This document shows positions 36,552 to 47,171 of a stretch of 62,602 nucleotides of DNA, one piece after another. This DNA comes from Cyanophora paradoxa CCMP329 (Eukaryota > Plantae > Glaucophyta), in contig QPMI01000541.1 of assembly GCA_004431415.1 (NCBI GenBank), forward strand, positions 1 to 62,602. The letters are read 5' to 3'. Positions within the stretch are counted from its first letter, which is position 1. The number at the start of each line of letters is the position of its first letter. Position numbers and translations under genes: made by a program. The notes under the pieces were generated by a model. It did no database searches. It had not been told where the DNA came from and worked only from the letters and a program-made list of their open reading frames with translations.

Positions 36552-37286
36552 ATGCCTTCCAAACGCAAAGTTGGTGTTCCTGCTGGTGCTATGTCATATT
36601 CTGCATCCTCTGGAACCGGTTCTATTAACACAGAGCCCATGAAATTCAATGGTGTCAATGAAGTTAAAGCATCACAGCAACAAGAAGATCCCCTCAATGC
36701 TGCTTATGAAGAATCTCCCGATGATAAAGCGCCCCAGGCATCCACCAGTGATCAATTGAATATTTCGCCCGAAGCCACAAAGATGAAGGCAGTTGGTGAA
36801 GGTGCTCGTCGAATTATTGGTGCTGCTGATGATAAAGGACTTGGTCTGCAAGATCTCTCACTTGCTCGCAAAGGTGAAGGTGTCTCCAAAGAATCAGACA
36901 AGGTAATTCAGTCCATGGCTGGTGAGGTCACCTACAAGGTCGCACCTACACAGAATATCCACCGAATTCCCAAAGCCCAATGGGACGAAATGACTGCGAA
37001 ACTTAAAGATCTGGAAGCGAAATCCAGTGCTCTTGAACAGTATGTCTCTGAGAAGAAAGAGAGAGCGAAATTGAAGGAGATGCTGCGAAAGGAGGTGTAT
37101 AGAATGGGAATTACTGGTCTCCCAGATAAGCAATTCATTGGTAAGAAAGAGACTCAAATTGATGAGCAGGCAGTTGATGAGATGAAGACGAAAACCCAGA
37201 AGGGCACCATTGAACCTGGTGCTACCAAAGCAGAGGTCGACAAAGGTGTTGCCCCCACAGTATATAAACGACGAGTATGGCTTTAA
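36552..37286 (+). CDS. Hypothetical viral protein (K/E/A-rich, possible core protein)
   Basis: 244-aa ORF with viral codon usage, tightly packed in the morphogenesis block. Confidence 0.7.
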   Translation: MPSKRKVGVPAGAMSYSASSGTGSINTEPMKFNGVNEVKASQQQEDPLNAAYEESPDDKAPQASTSDQLNISPEATKMKAVGEGARRIIGAADDKGLGLQDLSLARKGEGVSKESDKVIQSMAGEVTYKVAPTQNIHRIPKAQWDEMTAKLKDLEAKSSALEQYVSEKKERAKLKEMLRKEVYRMGITGLPDKQFIGKKETQIDEQAVDEMKTKTQKGTIEPGATKAEVDKGVAPTVYKRRVWL

Positions 37287-37313
37287 TTATCTCGCATTAA
37301 GAGAGAGAGCATC

Positions 37314-37547
37314 ATGGATTTCTTGCGAAAAATCATAGAGATGTTTAATCTCCACATTGTGAGCAATTGTCACAGTGGCTGCTGTGATACAAAAGTCGAA
37401 ATCGAATTCTCTGACACTGAAAGTCATGGATCTGGCGGTAGGCGATTATCCACAGACTCGGTTGATTTCGAGGAGCATATTAAAACAGAGACTGTGAGGC
37501 GACGCTCTGTATCTTTCACAGATCCAAAATTAAATCTCGGCAATTAA
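37314..37547 (+). CDS. Small protein with SxCxSxCC motif
   Basis: MDFLRKIIEMFNLHIVSNCHSGCCDTKVEIEF; purine-rich leader like neighbouring genes. Confidence 0.6.
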   Translation: MDFLRKIIEMFNLHIVSNCHSGCCDTKVEIEFSDTESHGSGGRRLSTDSVDFEEHIKTETVRRRSVSFTDPKLNLGN

Positions 37548-37748
37548 TATCGAATGCTCAGTCTCTCTGAGATCTATGCTATCCTGGACAGGAAATCCGC
37601 TGAATATGCAACAGAAGCCGCAATAAAAAAGCGTAGACAGGAACTGGTCTCGATCTGCAAAAAATGACAAGGGATTTAAGGGTAAGGTGTGTTTGATTGG
37701 TGAACCCGGACAAATTATTTTCTCGTCCCAATATAAGGAACATATCAA

Positions 37749-37976
37749 ATGGAAACTGAATCTGTGGTCGAATTCGAACTTGCAATGAGCGAAATGGATC
37801 CCAATGAAAAGAAAAGGTTGTATGACCGCTTGTACTTCCAGAAACGCTATCAAGATGAGGAGTTTCGAGAATTATATCGTAAAAAGGCACTGGAACGATA
37901 TTATCGCAGGAAAGCTGCTGAGATGGATCCAAATAATCCAGTAAAACGCCCAGTAGGTCGTCCCAGGAAATACTGA
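37749..37976 (+). CDS. Small basic DNA-binding protein with C-terminal AT-hook
   Basis: Ends KRPVGRPRKY (GRP core); K/R/Y-rich helix. Confidence 0.7.
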   Translation: METESVVEFELAMSEMDPNEKKRLYDRLYFQKRYQDEEFRELYRKKALERYYRRKAAEMDPNNPVKRPVGRPRKY

Positions 37977-38170
37977 ACCGCCCCCAAAGTCCCAGATATC
38001 CGCTGAATCCTTTTTGTTACCATGATCAATCGACTTTTCGATGGATCATTACCATGTTTCGAGCGCCAATCGGAAAACCCAAAGGTATTTAAAGGTTAGG
38101 CGCCAAAAAATGACAAGGATCCGGAGAAATTAATTTCTCCATTAAGTATAAGAAGCCCCCGATTTTCGAA

Positions 38171-40534
38171 ATGAACGCTGCCGCCAAGAAATCCCTGAAA
38201 CGCCTTGTTGATTGGCTTCGTGAAGACGATGTCCTGTCTGAGAATCTCGTAATTCCTGTTGATCCTGATACCAAAAGACCGCTTTTCGCTCATAAAGACG
38301 GAACCTGGGATTGGGATAAATTCGATGAAGCCCTGAAATCCGGTAAATATACTGCTTGGGGCATTCTCGCTCGTAATATCCTGGTAATTGACTTCGACCA
38401 AGAGGAGGATTTCGCCAAATTCGAGGAGCAATTCCCTGATGATTTCGGTGGTGTCAATCCTCTTGCTAAAACCAAAAAAGGATATCATGCTTATTTCGCT
38501 CGACCTGCTGAATTCGACACCATTAAGATCTGGGATAAAGCAGGTGCATTCAAAGGAAACCCCAAGATCGACTGCAAAACGATTGCATCCACTGGGACTG
38601 CTGGGGTAATTAATGTTTGTCCCAGTCCCAACAAAACATGGATCAGAGAGCCATGGGCATCTGAGTGTGAGTTAAATGAACCCACTGCTGAGTTGCAAAA
38701 GTGGATTGTTGAAAACTACGAATTCCCCAAAGGTGCACATTCTTATTATGCAAGGTGCGCTGAGGAGAATTTGCAGAAACATATTCTTGCTAAACTGGAA
38801 GAATTCGGTTTCATCTTGCCCACAATCATCAATGAGACCAAGATGGGATACAATTTCACTGCTGAGAACAAAGGTCTGATCTGTCCCTGCTGCAAGGGAA
38901 GCCATGACTCGAACAATTGGTATATTATTCAAGGAAAGGAGAAAGACAAGTACATTGTTTCGAGTTACAGTGCAAACTGCAAGAAGCGACTTATCACAAT
39001 TCGTGTGAAGGAAGAGACAGATGCGAATATCGAAAATCTGATTGATCGGTCTGCTGGATCTGATGGTGCCCATTATGATGTTGCACAGGTTGCCTATCTT
39101 GTTCTGCAAGACAAATACAAGTATTCCAACAAGACCTGGTTCAAGTTCAATGATGTATGTGGGATTTGGGAGATGGATGAAACTGGGAAGCGAATCTTTC
39201 TCTGTTTGAGCTGCAAGGTCTGTCCAGTTTATCTTCAACGTTCTGTTCAACTCGCACAGAGAGCTCTTCGTGATGAAGAGAACCGCAATTCCTTGGAGGA
39301 AAGGTCAAAGATTCTGCTGGGAATTGCTAAGAGCCTCAAACAGACTACATACAGAACTGCACTTATGTCTGATCTTTCAGTTCTGTTCAGTGACAAGACC
39401 TTTTTCGAGAGACTTGATACTGTTCCCAACATCATTGGGTTCACAAATGGTGTATTTGACTTGAACTCCATGACTTTTCGACAGGGACTCCCATATGATA
39501 TGGTGAGTAAGACTGTTGGCTACGATTACACCACAGAAATTGACCAAGAGAAGGTTGCAAAGATTAAATCCATCTATGCAGATATTATTGAATCGGATAC
39601 AGACCGCGAATTCATGCTGGGATTAATCGCCTATGCCCTGAGTGGTTTGACAGAAAATCAGAGATACACTTGCTGGACTGGAATTGGAGCAAATGGGAAA
39701 TCACTGCTCCAAGAGTTGGTGAAAGACACATTTGGTGAGTATTATGGGTCACTGGACATGACATATTGGACTAAACCCAAGAAGAGTTCGTCAGAGGCTT
39801 CCCCAGAACTCGCTTGCATTCTTGGTAAACGAATTGTTTTCAGTAATGAAGCAGAAGATGGTGATATGCTTCAACTGAACAAAATCAAACAGGTTACTGG
39901 TGGGAATGAGATGAAGGTTCGAGCTCTTTTCAAAGATCTTGTTACATTCATTCCCATGTTCCAGTTGTTCTTGTCCACAAATGACAACCTGGGAATCAGT
40001 AAACCAGATGCAGCAATCCAAAGGCGAATTATCTACTACCGATTCGAAAATGTCTTCAAGGTCGATCCTCAGCCTGGTGAGAAGAAAGCAGACACCACTC
40101 TAATGCGCCTAATGAAGAATGATGACGATTATAAAATGGCGCATATGTCCATTCTCCTGGAAATGTGGAGAACCCATTCTCTCAATGAATTCGTCACCAA
40201 ACCACCCCAGTCCATTGTTGATCAAGGTGTTGAATATTTCAATGAGAATGACAAGATTGGAGAATGGATTCGTGAGAGTTATGAACTCACCAAGAGTCAA
40301 GGGGATTTCGCCACAAGTGAGTCCATTATCAGTCACTTTAAGATGGATCACATGGGCAAATCTGATGAGAAAATCACAGAATGCACTATCTTGAAGAGAC
40401 TTCGCGAAGTCTTTAATGTGAAGGCTGAGAGAAAGCGAGTCAATGGTGTTCTTGCTCGTGGCTACTTTGGGATCAAAAAGAAGCATAGTCGCAAGTTGGT
40501 GGATGACAGTGATGTTGAAGGTGGGGATGAGTAA
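38171..40534 (+). CDS. Primase-polymerase + Zn-binding + D5-like SF3 helicase
   Basis: Prim-pol motifs LVIDFD and TKKGYHAYF; CPCC...H...C; D5_N region IGFTNGVFDL; Walker A GIGANGKS; RIVFSNE; IKQVTGGNEMKVRALF; AIQRRI. Confidence 0.92.
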   Translation: MNAAAKKSLKRLVDWLREDDVLSENLVIPVDPDTKRPLFAHKDGTWDWDKFDEALKSGKYTAWGILARNILVIDFDQEEDFAKFEEQFPDDFGGVNPLAKTKKGYHAYFARPAEFDTIKIWDKAGAFKGNPKIDCKTIASTGTAGVINVCPSPNKTWIREPWASECELNEPTAELQKWIVENYEFPKGAHSYYARCAEENLQKHILAKLEEFGFILPTIINETKMGYNFTAENKGLICPCCKGSHDSNNWYIIQGKEKDKYIVSSYSANCKKRLITIRVKEETDANIENLIDRSAGSDGAHYDVAQVAYLVLQDKYKYSNKTWFKFNDVCGIWEMDETGKRIFLCLSCKVCPVYLQRSVQLAQRALRDEENRNSLEERSKILLGIAKSLKQTTYRTALMSDLSVLFSDKTFFERLDTVPNIIGFTNGVFDLNSMTFRQGLPYDMVSKTVGYDYTTEIDQEKVAKIKSIYADIIESDTDREFMLGLIAYALSGLTENQRYTCWTGIGANGKSLLQELVKDTFGEYYGSLDMTYWTKPKKSSSEASPELACILGKRIVFSNEAEDGDMLQLNKIKQVTGGNEMKVRALFKDLVTFIPMFQLFLSTNDNLGISKPDAAIQRRIIYYRFENVFKVDPQPGEKKADTTLMRLMKNDDDYKMAHMSILLEMWRTHSLNEFVTKPPQSIVDQGVEYFNENDKIGEWIRESYELTKSQGDFATSESIISHFKMDHMGKSDEKITECTILKRLREVFNVKAERKRVNGVLARGYFGIKKKHSRKLVDDSDVEGGDE

Positions 40535-40603
40535 ACAAAACAGAATCGATTCTAATACTGATTGAATTTCTTATTTTTTAAAAACCTTACTGTAAATGGT
40601 TTG

Positions 40604-40745
40604 TGTGACAGCTGTGACACCTTTTTAATTGAGTGTGACGCCTGTGACGCCTGTGACGCCTACTTTCAAACTTTTTAAAATTTCAAAAATCTACAAACCT
40701 CTGAAAACAGGTGTCACAGGCGTCACAGGCGTCACACCCAATTAA
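40604..40745. promoter_or_regulatory. Internal copy of the TIR iteron cassette directly downstream of the primase-helicase
   Basis: TGTGAC x5, ACTTTCAAACTTTTTAAAATTTCAAAA, GTCACA x3; closely similar to 57069-57215. Confidence 0.7.
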
Positions 40746-40888
40746 CCACAGACTCCCCCCTGTGGGTCGATGACTTTTTCGATTCTTTATCGGACAATAT
40801 AAAAACGTATCGTAAATCGGTGTGTTTTGACAAAAATTGACTGGCGATTTAAGGGATCGTTGCGTATTTCACTTGACTTGGACAGAAA

Positions 40889-41080
40889 ATGGATTATTTT
40901 GATGAAATTCGGCAGCAGCTTGTCGAAAAGAATGATATTGCACAGGTGGCGGAATATATTGCAAAGATCAGAGCAATCAATGGTAGACCCTATCAAAAGA
41001 AGCGAGTGTATGCAAGCAGACTCGACACAGTAAATGTATATGTCCCCAAAGGCACGAATGTGCGAATTATCAGAACCTGA
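40889..41080 (+). CDS. Small hypothetical protein (63 aa)
   Basis: ATG-initiated ORF filling the gap before pPolB. Confidence 0.45.
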   Translation: MDYFDEIRQQLVEKNDIAQVAEYIAKIRAINGRPYQKKRVYASRLDTVNVYVPKGTNVRIIRT

Positions 41081-41136
41081 AAAATGGGAAATGCGTTTAA
41101 AACGCCCAAAAATAATATGTTCCCTTAAAGTAAAAG

Positions 41137-44100
41137 ATGCCCCGCCAATCCAATAGAATCATCAAAGAGAAGAAAAACGAAATACTCGGTCTTTTAGGAA
41201 CCCTTTTAGTCACTGGTGATATTACAGAATTCGAATATGATCGCCAGGCAGCAATCCTGGATAGGAGACCAAGGTTATCTCAACTCACAGAAATTACAAA
41301 TCGCCTCTATGATCGTTTTGAGAAAATGGAGGAATTCAGGGATGAAGGTTTAAGGTTGGGAACAATTGAACCCGAGATTGAGGATGGGGAAGCAATGAAC
41401 AAAGCATATTCTTGGTTAACCTATCGAGCAAGAGGGGAGGTTATCCAAGATGGGATTGAATTCTTGGAGAGAATTGCACCCACTCTACCTCAGAGACTCA
41501 GACAGAAACTCCAAGACCTGAGAGCAATTAAAACTCGGTTGACCTTCATTTGTAAATTCACCAAAGTGAGTGATCCCAGGGTGTGGATCACGAAATTCAT
41601 TTACAGTGATTACTTTGTCATCACAAGATCACGAAATATTGATGTTGAACTGCGAAATGCCCTTCAATCCATGCAGGAGCAGATGATGCAGGTGGACAGT
41701 TACAGACTGGATCGCATTGAGATGCTGAGAGTGGTAATAATGTCTTATGCTCCTGTGGGTGGTTGCTTCTTCTCAACACCTGAGTGGATTGGATCAAAGA
41801 GAGCAACTGTGAATGTGAAGAATATTGATGGTCAAGACTGCTTCAAGTATGCAATCTTGGCTTACCTGCACCGAAATGATATTAATAAACACAAGAGCAA
41901 TGAACCCAGCCAGTATAGAAGATGGTTAAACGAACTCAATTTCGAAGGCATCCAGTTTCCAGTTGCCTGTGATGCAGAGGTTATTGATCGATTTGAGGAG
42001 CAGAACCCTGAACTGAGTATCAACATTTATGGTGCAGATAATCAAGCACAGTGTTTCTATCCTCTCCATCAATCCAGCAACCCAGGAGAAAGACCAAGAT
42101 TAACCTTTTATTAATCGAAAACGAAGAGGATGATAGAGGGCATTATATCACCATCATGTCTCTGAGTAGACTTCTGAAAACCACCTTTGATAAAGCCCAT
42201 GATGGTCGCATTTATTACTGTGAGACCTGTCTGTCTCGTTTCAGAACTCAGGAGAAGCTGGATGTTCATATAGAAGCGAATCGCTGCATTGATTGGAGGG
42301 AGAGCAAAGGTAAATGCCCGAAATCTGGAAGTCACATTGCATTTGGGCTTCAACACCTTCGCAAAACTGTGTGGCTTCTCACTATCTGCTATGTAAAAAT
42401 GGACAGTCACTCGGTTCCAATTGATGAGAACCGCAGTAAAAGAGAGGTCAAATCGGTTTCTTTAACAGTTGTGATGGGGGATAAGGTGATCTCTCATTAT
42501 TTCGAGGGATCAGATCCACTTGGTGCTCTGTTTACCACTCTCACAGAGATCAGACCCCAAGTAATCCGCACTCTATTCACCAATATTCCAATGCACCCAC
42601 TCACAGAGGAGCAGAAAGCACAATACAAGATCACTAAACACTGTTATATCTGTGCTGAACGATTTACCCATGAGAATTTCCCAGTGAGAGACCACTGTCA
42701 TCAATCAGGAGCATTTATTGGGAAAGCATGCCGAAATTGCAACCTCCACAGGAGAATCTCGAAGCAAACCAAAGTAGCTATTGTGGTGGATCACATGGAT
42801 GAATGTGGACACGAAATATTCCGCAAAATTGCACAGCAAGATGATAAACTTCGTGTTGAGATTCTGAGCAAGAATTTCGACCAATACCTCTCCCTGCAAT
42901 GGGGCATGTGGAAATTCATAGATGCTTCGCACTTCATGGACTTCCAGGCAGTGGATGCAGGTGATCTAATGGGTAAATTCCAGACATTCCGAGAATTGGC
43001 GTTTTCCCAATATGGATTGGATCCTGCCCACTATGTTTCTGCTCCTGGATTATCCTGGGATGCAATGCTAATTTACACCAGAGCAAAGATAGAGCAGATC
43101 AGTGATGTAGGGCAGTACGAATTTATTGAGAGGGCAATTCGAGGTGGATTTGCTACAATGCCTACTCGATATGCAAAGGTGGAAAGCCCAGATGACCACA
43201 TAGTTCTCTTGGATTCAAATAATCTGTATGGTTATGCTCTCAGTCAAGAACTGCCCAGTGGCGATTTTCGCTGGGAAGATGTCACAGAGGCACTCAAAGA
43301 GACCCCTGGACGAAGTGCCTTTATTGAAGTAGACCTGGAATACCCACAAACTCTCACAGATCATTACGATTTTCCGCTTGTAGTGAATAAAGAGCATGTC
43401 ACCATCGAAATGCTGGGTGAGTATCAACGAAAACTACTGGATATCACAGGTGAGAAGATAAGCAAAGACCCCAAACTCACAGCAACATTCTCACCCAAAA
43501 CAAACTATGTAATCTCCCAACCTCTCTTGGTCTACCTGGTGAGCAAAGGTATTATAATAAAAAAGGTTCACAGGGTGCTCTCATTTGCAACCTCTGCATT
43601 TATGAAGAGTTACATTGATCTAAATACGAAACTGAGGCGACAATCTGTGACCAGATTCGAGAGTGACTTCTTTAAGTTAATGAACAATGCAATCTATGGT
43701 AAATGCCTCGAATCATTCAGGGGTCGATCTGTGGTAAAGATTGCTAATAGTGAGAAACTCTGCAAGAAATATGCTGCAAGTCCACTCATCAAGGCAACCA
43801 ATGTATTAAACGAAAATGCTGTTGCCTTTGAGATGTACTCAAAGCATGTTCACTTAGATAAACCAGTTGCAATTGGGGCTTTTGTGCTGGATTTCGCGAA
43901 ACTCCATAATAGCAGGTTCTTTTATGATGTGGTGAGGAGCACTTGGGAAACAGCAGAGCTGCTATTCCATGATACAGATTCTTTCTGTCTGCTGCTGCAT
44001 ACCAATGATCTAAATAATGAGATGAAGCGAATTACTGAGCACCTGGATTGCAGTAATTATGATCCTGCCCACCCTCTCTATGACAGGAGTAATCGTTTGA

Positions 44101-44417
44101 TTCCAGGTAAATATAAAAACGAGTTTCCCAGTGCAAAGATTGTGGAGTATGTAGGTCTGAGATCGAAACTCTATGCTTTCAGAACTGATACCTTTGATAA
44201 AATAAAGATGTCTGGGACTTCCTCGAAAGAGGTTCACTTTGATGATTTCAAGAGATGCCTGTTTGAAGGCATCACCAAAACAGTAGCAGTAGTAAACAAG
44301 CGAAGGCAAGACCACAACCTATATGATTTGGAGAGCAGAAGGGTGGTTCTAAACCAACTCGATAGCAAAAGGAAGATATTAGACGATGGAATTCACAGCA
44401 TTCCATTCGGGCTCTAA
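41137..44417 (+). CDS. polB: Protein-primed family B DNA polymerase (Polinton/adintovirus-type with vOTU-like, Zn-finger and EndoVII-like modules); one frameshift near 42095
   Basis: CFKYAILA...INIY...GHY (vOTU-like); CETC...H Zn finger; CYIC...VRDHCH...ACRNCNL (EndoVII-like); GLDPAHYVSAPGLSWDAML; IRGG; motif A DSNNLYG; motif B KLMNNAIYGK; motif C HDTDS; GLRSKLYA. Joins ORFs 41137-42114 and 42051-44417. Confidence 0.95.
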
Positions 44418-44600
44418 TCTACTTCATCAATCTTTCTTTTTCTTTGGTTTCGCTCTCCAAGAAGTAATAAACCGCGAATTAAATGCAGCAGCCATATACA
44501 TCTTAATCCAGGGTCATTGGGCTCGATTGCAAAGTAGTTGGGAATTGTGTTCTCCTTCCACACAGACTCTTGCATTTATTATATGAGAGATAAGGTAAAG

Positions 44601-46001
44601 ATGCCTTCTACACAAATAGGATTGAGACAACCACCCAGAATTGTTAGAAAAGAAGCAATTGAAGATCGAGGGAATATTCTGCCCATCACAGTTCCAGTGG
44701 AGGAGAAGAGCAGTCGAATATTAAAAAGATCAGAGATGGTCAAGCAATTAATCCCAGAGACACTCCCAGCTGAGACAGCACCAAAAGAGTCAAAGATTGC
44801 TAAGAAGTTCTATGATCCCAGGACAGGCTACAAGGGATTTACTGCAATGAGACAGGAACTACCAGAGGAGAACTACAAGAAGATGAGAGAATGGTATGAT
44901 AAGCAGGAGGTTGTCCAAATTAATGCACCCACCCTATCTCGAAAGAGAGATCCCATGATTCCAATTAGGCAACCCCTTGATACCTATGTGATTGATCTGC
45001 TCTTCTTTCCTGCATACAAAAAGCAGAATGATGGTTATGATACATTTATGAGTGCAATGGAGTCAACCCTGAGAACAGGGTTCATTATTCCAATGAGAGA
45101 CAAAAGTGCTCTTACTACACTTGCAGCATTCAAGCAACTTGAACAGAGAGTCCCCAGACCTATTGTTCGCATTCAGAGTGATAGTGGAAGCGAATTTACC
45201 AATGTGTTATTCACAGATTATTTGGGAACGAAATTCATTGAGCATCAACTAAGTGATGTTGCAGATCACAGAACCCAAGGTCGGATTGAAGCCTTTAACA
45301 GGCAGATCAAGAGATTGATCACAAACTACTGCATTGCAAATAATACTGCACGATTTTTTGATGTGTTGGGTGACATTGAGTATAATTATAATAACACCAT
45401 TCACTCTGCAACCAAGAGAAAACCAGCAGAAACCACAGAAGCCCACTACAAAGAGATTGTGAGTATGGAGGATCAGAGATTCAAGAAATCGATTGAGTAT
45501 CTCGATGCTCTGAAACCTGGAATGTTTGTGAGAGTGAAAGTTGAAAAGAACCCATTTGCAAAGCAGGGAGTGAATTGGTCTCGAATTGTTTATAGTGTAG
45601 AGGGAAGAGAGGGCTTCAAGTTCAGAATCAGAAGCCCCAGTGGTGAGATAGTTGATGGTAGATTCGCTTTTCATGAACTGCTGCCCATCAAAGGTGTTGA
45701 GTATCATGAAACCCCCACAGTGGATGCCCTTGAACAGGCAAAAGAGGAAGCCAGGGTTGATTCAGCAATCAGAAAGGAGGGCATAGAAAAAGCAAGTGAA
45801 GTACCAAAAGAGCCCCTCACAGAAGCAAGAGCACAAAAGAAGGGCAGAGTAGAGAAAGAATTAAAGAAGTTGACCATAGCAGGAACCCAGAAATTATCAG
45901 AAGTTAACAGTCAGAGATGGTATAATGACTTTTCAACCACCAAGGAAACATATACTGCACCCCAAACTCGCTTCAATTTACGAAGTGGGCAGAGGAAATA
46001 G
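44601..46001 (+). CDS. Retroviral-like DDE integrase (rve)
   Basis: YDPRTGY N-terminal motif; YVIDL, IQSDSGSEF, IEAFNRQIK catalytic triad; YNNTIHSATKRKP; GMFVRV. Consistent with the 6-bp TSD. No chromodomain recognised. Confidence 0.95.
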   Translation: MPSTQIGLRQPPRIVRKEAIEDRGNILPITVPVEEKSSRILKRSEMVKQLIPETLPAETAPKESKIAKKFYDPRTGYKGFTAMRQELPEENYKKMREWYDKQEVVQINAPTLSRKRDPMIPIRQPLDTYVIDLLFFPAYKKQNDGYDTFMSAMESTLRTGFIIPMRDKSALTTLAAFKQLEQRVPRPIVRIQSDSGSEFTNVLFTDYLGTKFIEHQLSDVADHRTQGRIEAFNRQIKRLITNYCIANNTARFFDVLGDIEYNYNNTIHSATKRKPAETTEAHYKEIVSMEDQRFKKSIEYLDALKPGMFVRVKVEKNPFAKQGVNWSRIVYSVEGREGFKFRIRSPSGEIVDGRFAFHELLPIKGVEYHETPTVDALEQAKEEARVDSAIRKEGIEKASEVPKEPLTEARAQKKGRVEKELKKLTIAGTQKLSEVNSQRWYNDFSTTKETYTAPQTRFNLRSGQRK

Positions 46002-46002
46002 A

Positions 46003-46245
46003 TTAACAACGCTTTCGGAATCTCTTAGACCTCTGGCGAATTTTCCTCATTTGTCTATCTTTTTCAAGAATTTCCAAGAAGAAAGTTTCAAGGTTTGAGA
46101 CCAGCTGGTAATTGTAAACAAAGAACAGTCTCACATGCTCTGGCTGTGACATGAAGAAATTGTAATAGAAAGCAGTTTTGAAATCATGGATCCAGTCTGA
46201 TTGGGCAGCATGGATGATAGCAGGGTCTTGGTAGATGGGATCCAT
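46003..46245 (-). CDS. Small hypothetical protein (MDPIYQDP...)
   Basis: ATG at 46245, convergent with the integrase, stop codons abutting. Confidence 0.5.
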   Translation of the reverse strand: MDPIYQDPAIIHAAQSDWIHDFKTAFYYNFFMSQPEHVRLFFVYNYQLVSNLETFFLEILEKDRQMRKIRQRSKRFRKRC

Positions 46246-46419
46246 AGCAGAAGTTGAGAGAATCCAGAAAATCCTTGTCAATTTTTTATTTTGTTAGTGC
46301 CCGATCTCGACGAAACCTGATAGCCGCTGGCGAGAGGATTCCGAATCTGCTTTCAGAATTGAAAACGGAGCAGTTGGTAATAAAATACATATATATGACC
46401 GATATTGATGGAGTTTCAG

Positions 46420-46512
46420 TCAAGTTTCGATGAAGTTTCGGAGCGAAGTTTCGGTGAAGTTTCGGAGCGAAGTTTTGTGAAGTTTCGGTAAAGTTTCGGT
46501 GAAGTTTCGGTC
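46420..46512. repeat. Minisatellite of GAAGTTTCGG-like units (~8 copies)
   Basis: Direct 11-14-bp tandem repeats. Confidence 0.85.
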
Positions 46513-46542
46513 AATAGGATAATTTGACGGAATAAATTAATT

Positions 46543-46742
46543 TGTCACCAGTGACAAATTATGTCACCGGTGACAAATTATGTCATCGGTGACAAATTAT
46601 GTCATCGGTGACCGAATTCACCAAAGAAATTATGTCACCGTTGACAAATAAAGCCATTTGTAACCAAATTCACGTAAGAAATTATGTCACCGGTGACAAA
46701 TTAAGTCATCGGTGACCTCATTAATTATGTCACAGGTGACAA
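46543..46742. repeat. Array of ~8 palindromes, consensus TGTCACCGGTGACA, 19-bp period with AATTA spacer
   Basis: Four tandem copies from 46543 plus four further copies up to 46742. Confidence 0.9.
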
Positions 46743-47171
46743 ATAAAACTATGATGCATATGAAACATATATGTCGCATATATACACAAAACTCCGCATT
46801 CCCGGTTGACTCAGACGGAATTTCTGGTAAAAAAGTGTATATATATGCATATATATACTTGACGGTTCGCGTTACTACTGTGGGCATCGCGTTGCTGCTG
46901 TGGCGATTTCGCCATCTTCAAACGCTTGTATCTCACCACCAGATCATCAGATCGTGACCGTCAACATAGCGCTGGAAAGCGCTTGAAAAGATCTACACGA
47001 TGGTGTAGGTATCAAGTATATATACGTATATATTACATACAAATATTTCGAAAAACGATTAATCGGCTACTTTCTACTGTAAGGAACATACAGTAAAATA
47101 ATGCGAAAATACAGTAGCTACTGTTAAAAAAGCCATAATCTGGCGCACCATACATCAGAAGTCCTGAATTT

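Noticed and set aside
42085-42114. Programmed ribosomal frameshift in pPolB
   Set aside because: No canonical slippery heptamer; adding one A in CCAAGATT restores ...RPKINLLL..., matching the single-base-deletion error pattern seen elsewhere.
46543-46742. CRISPR array
   Set aside because: Repeats are mostly contiguous 19-mers without unique spacers of regular length; no cas genes; eukaryotic context.
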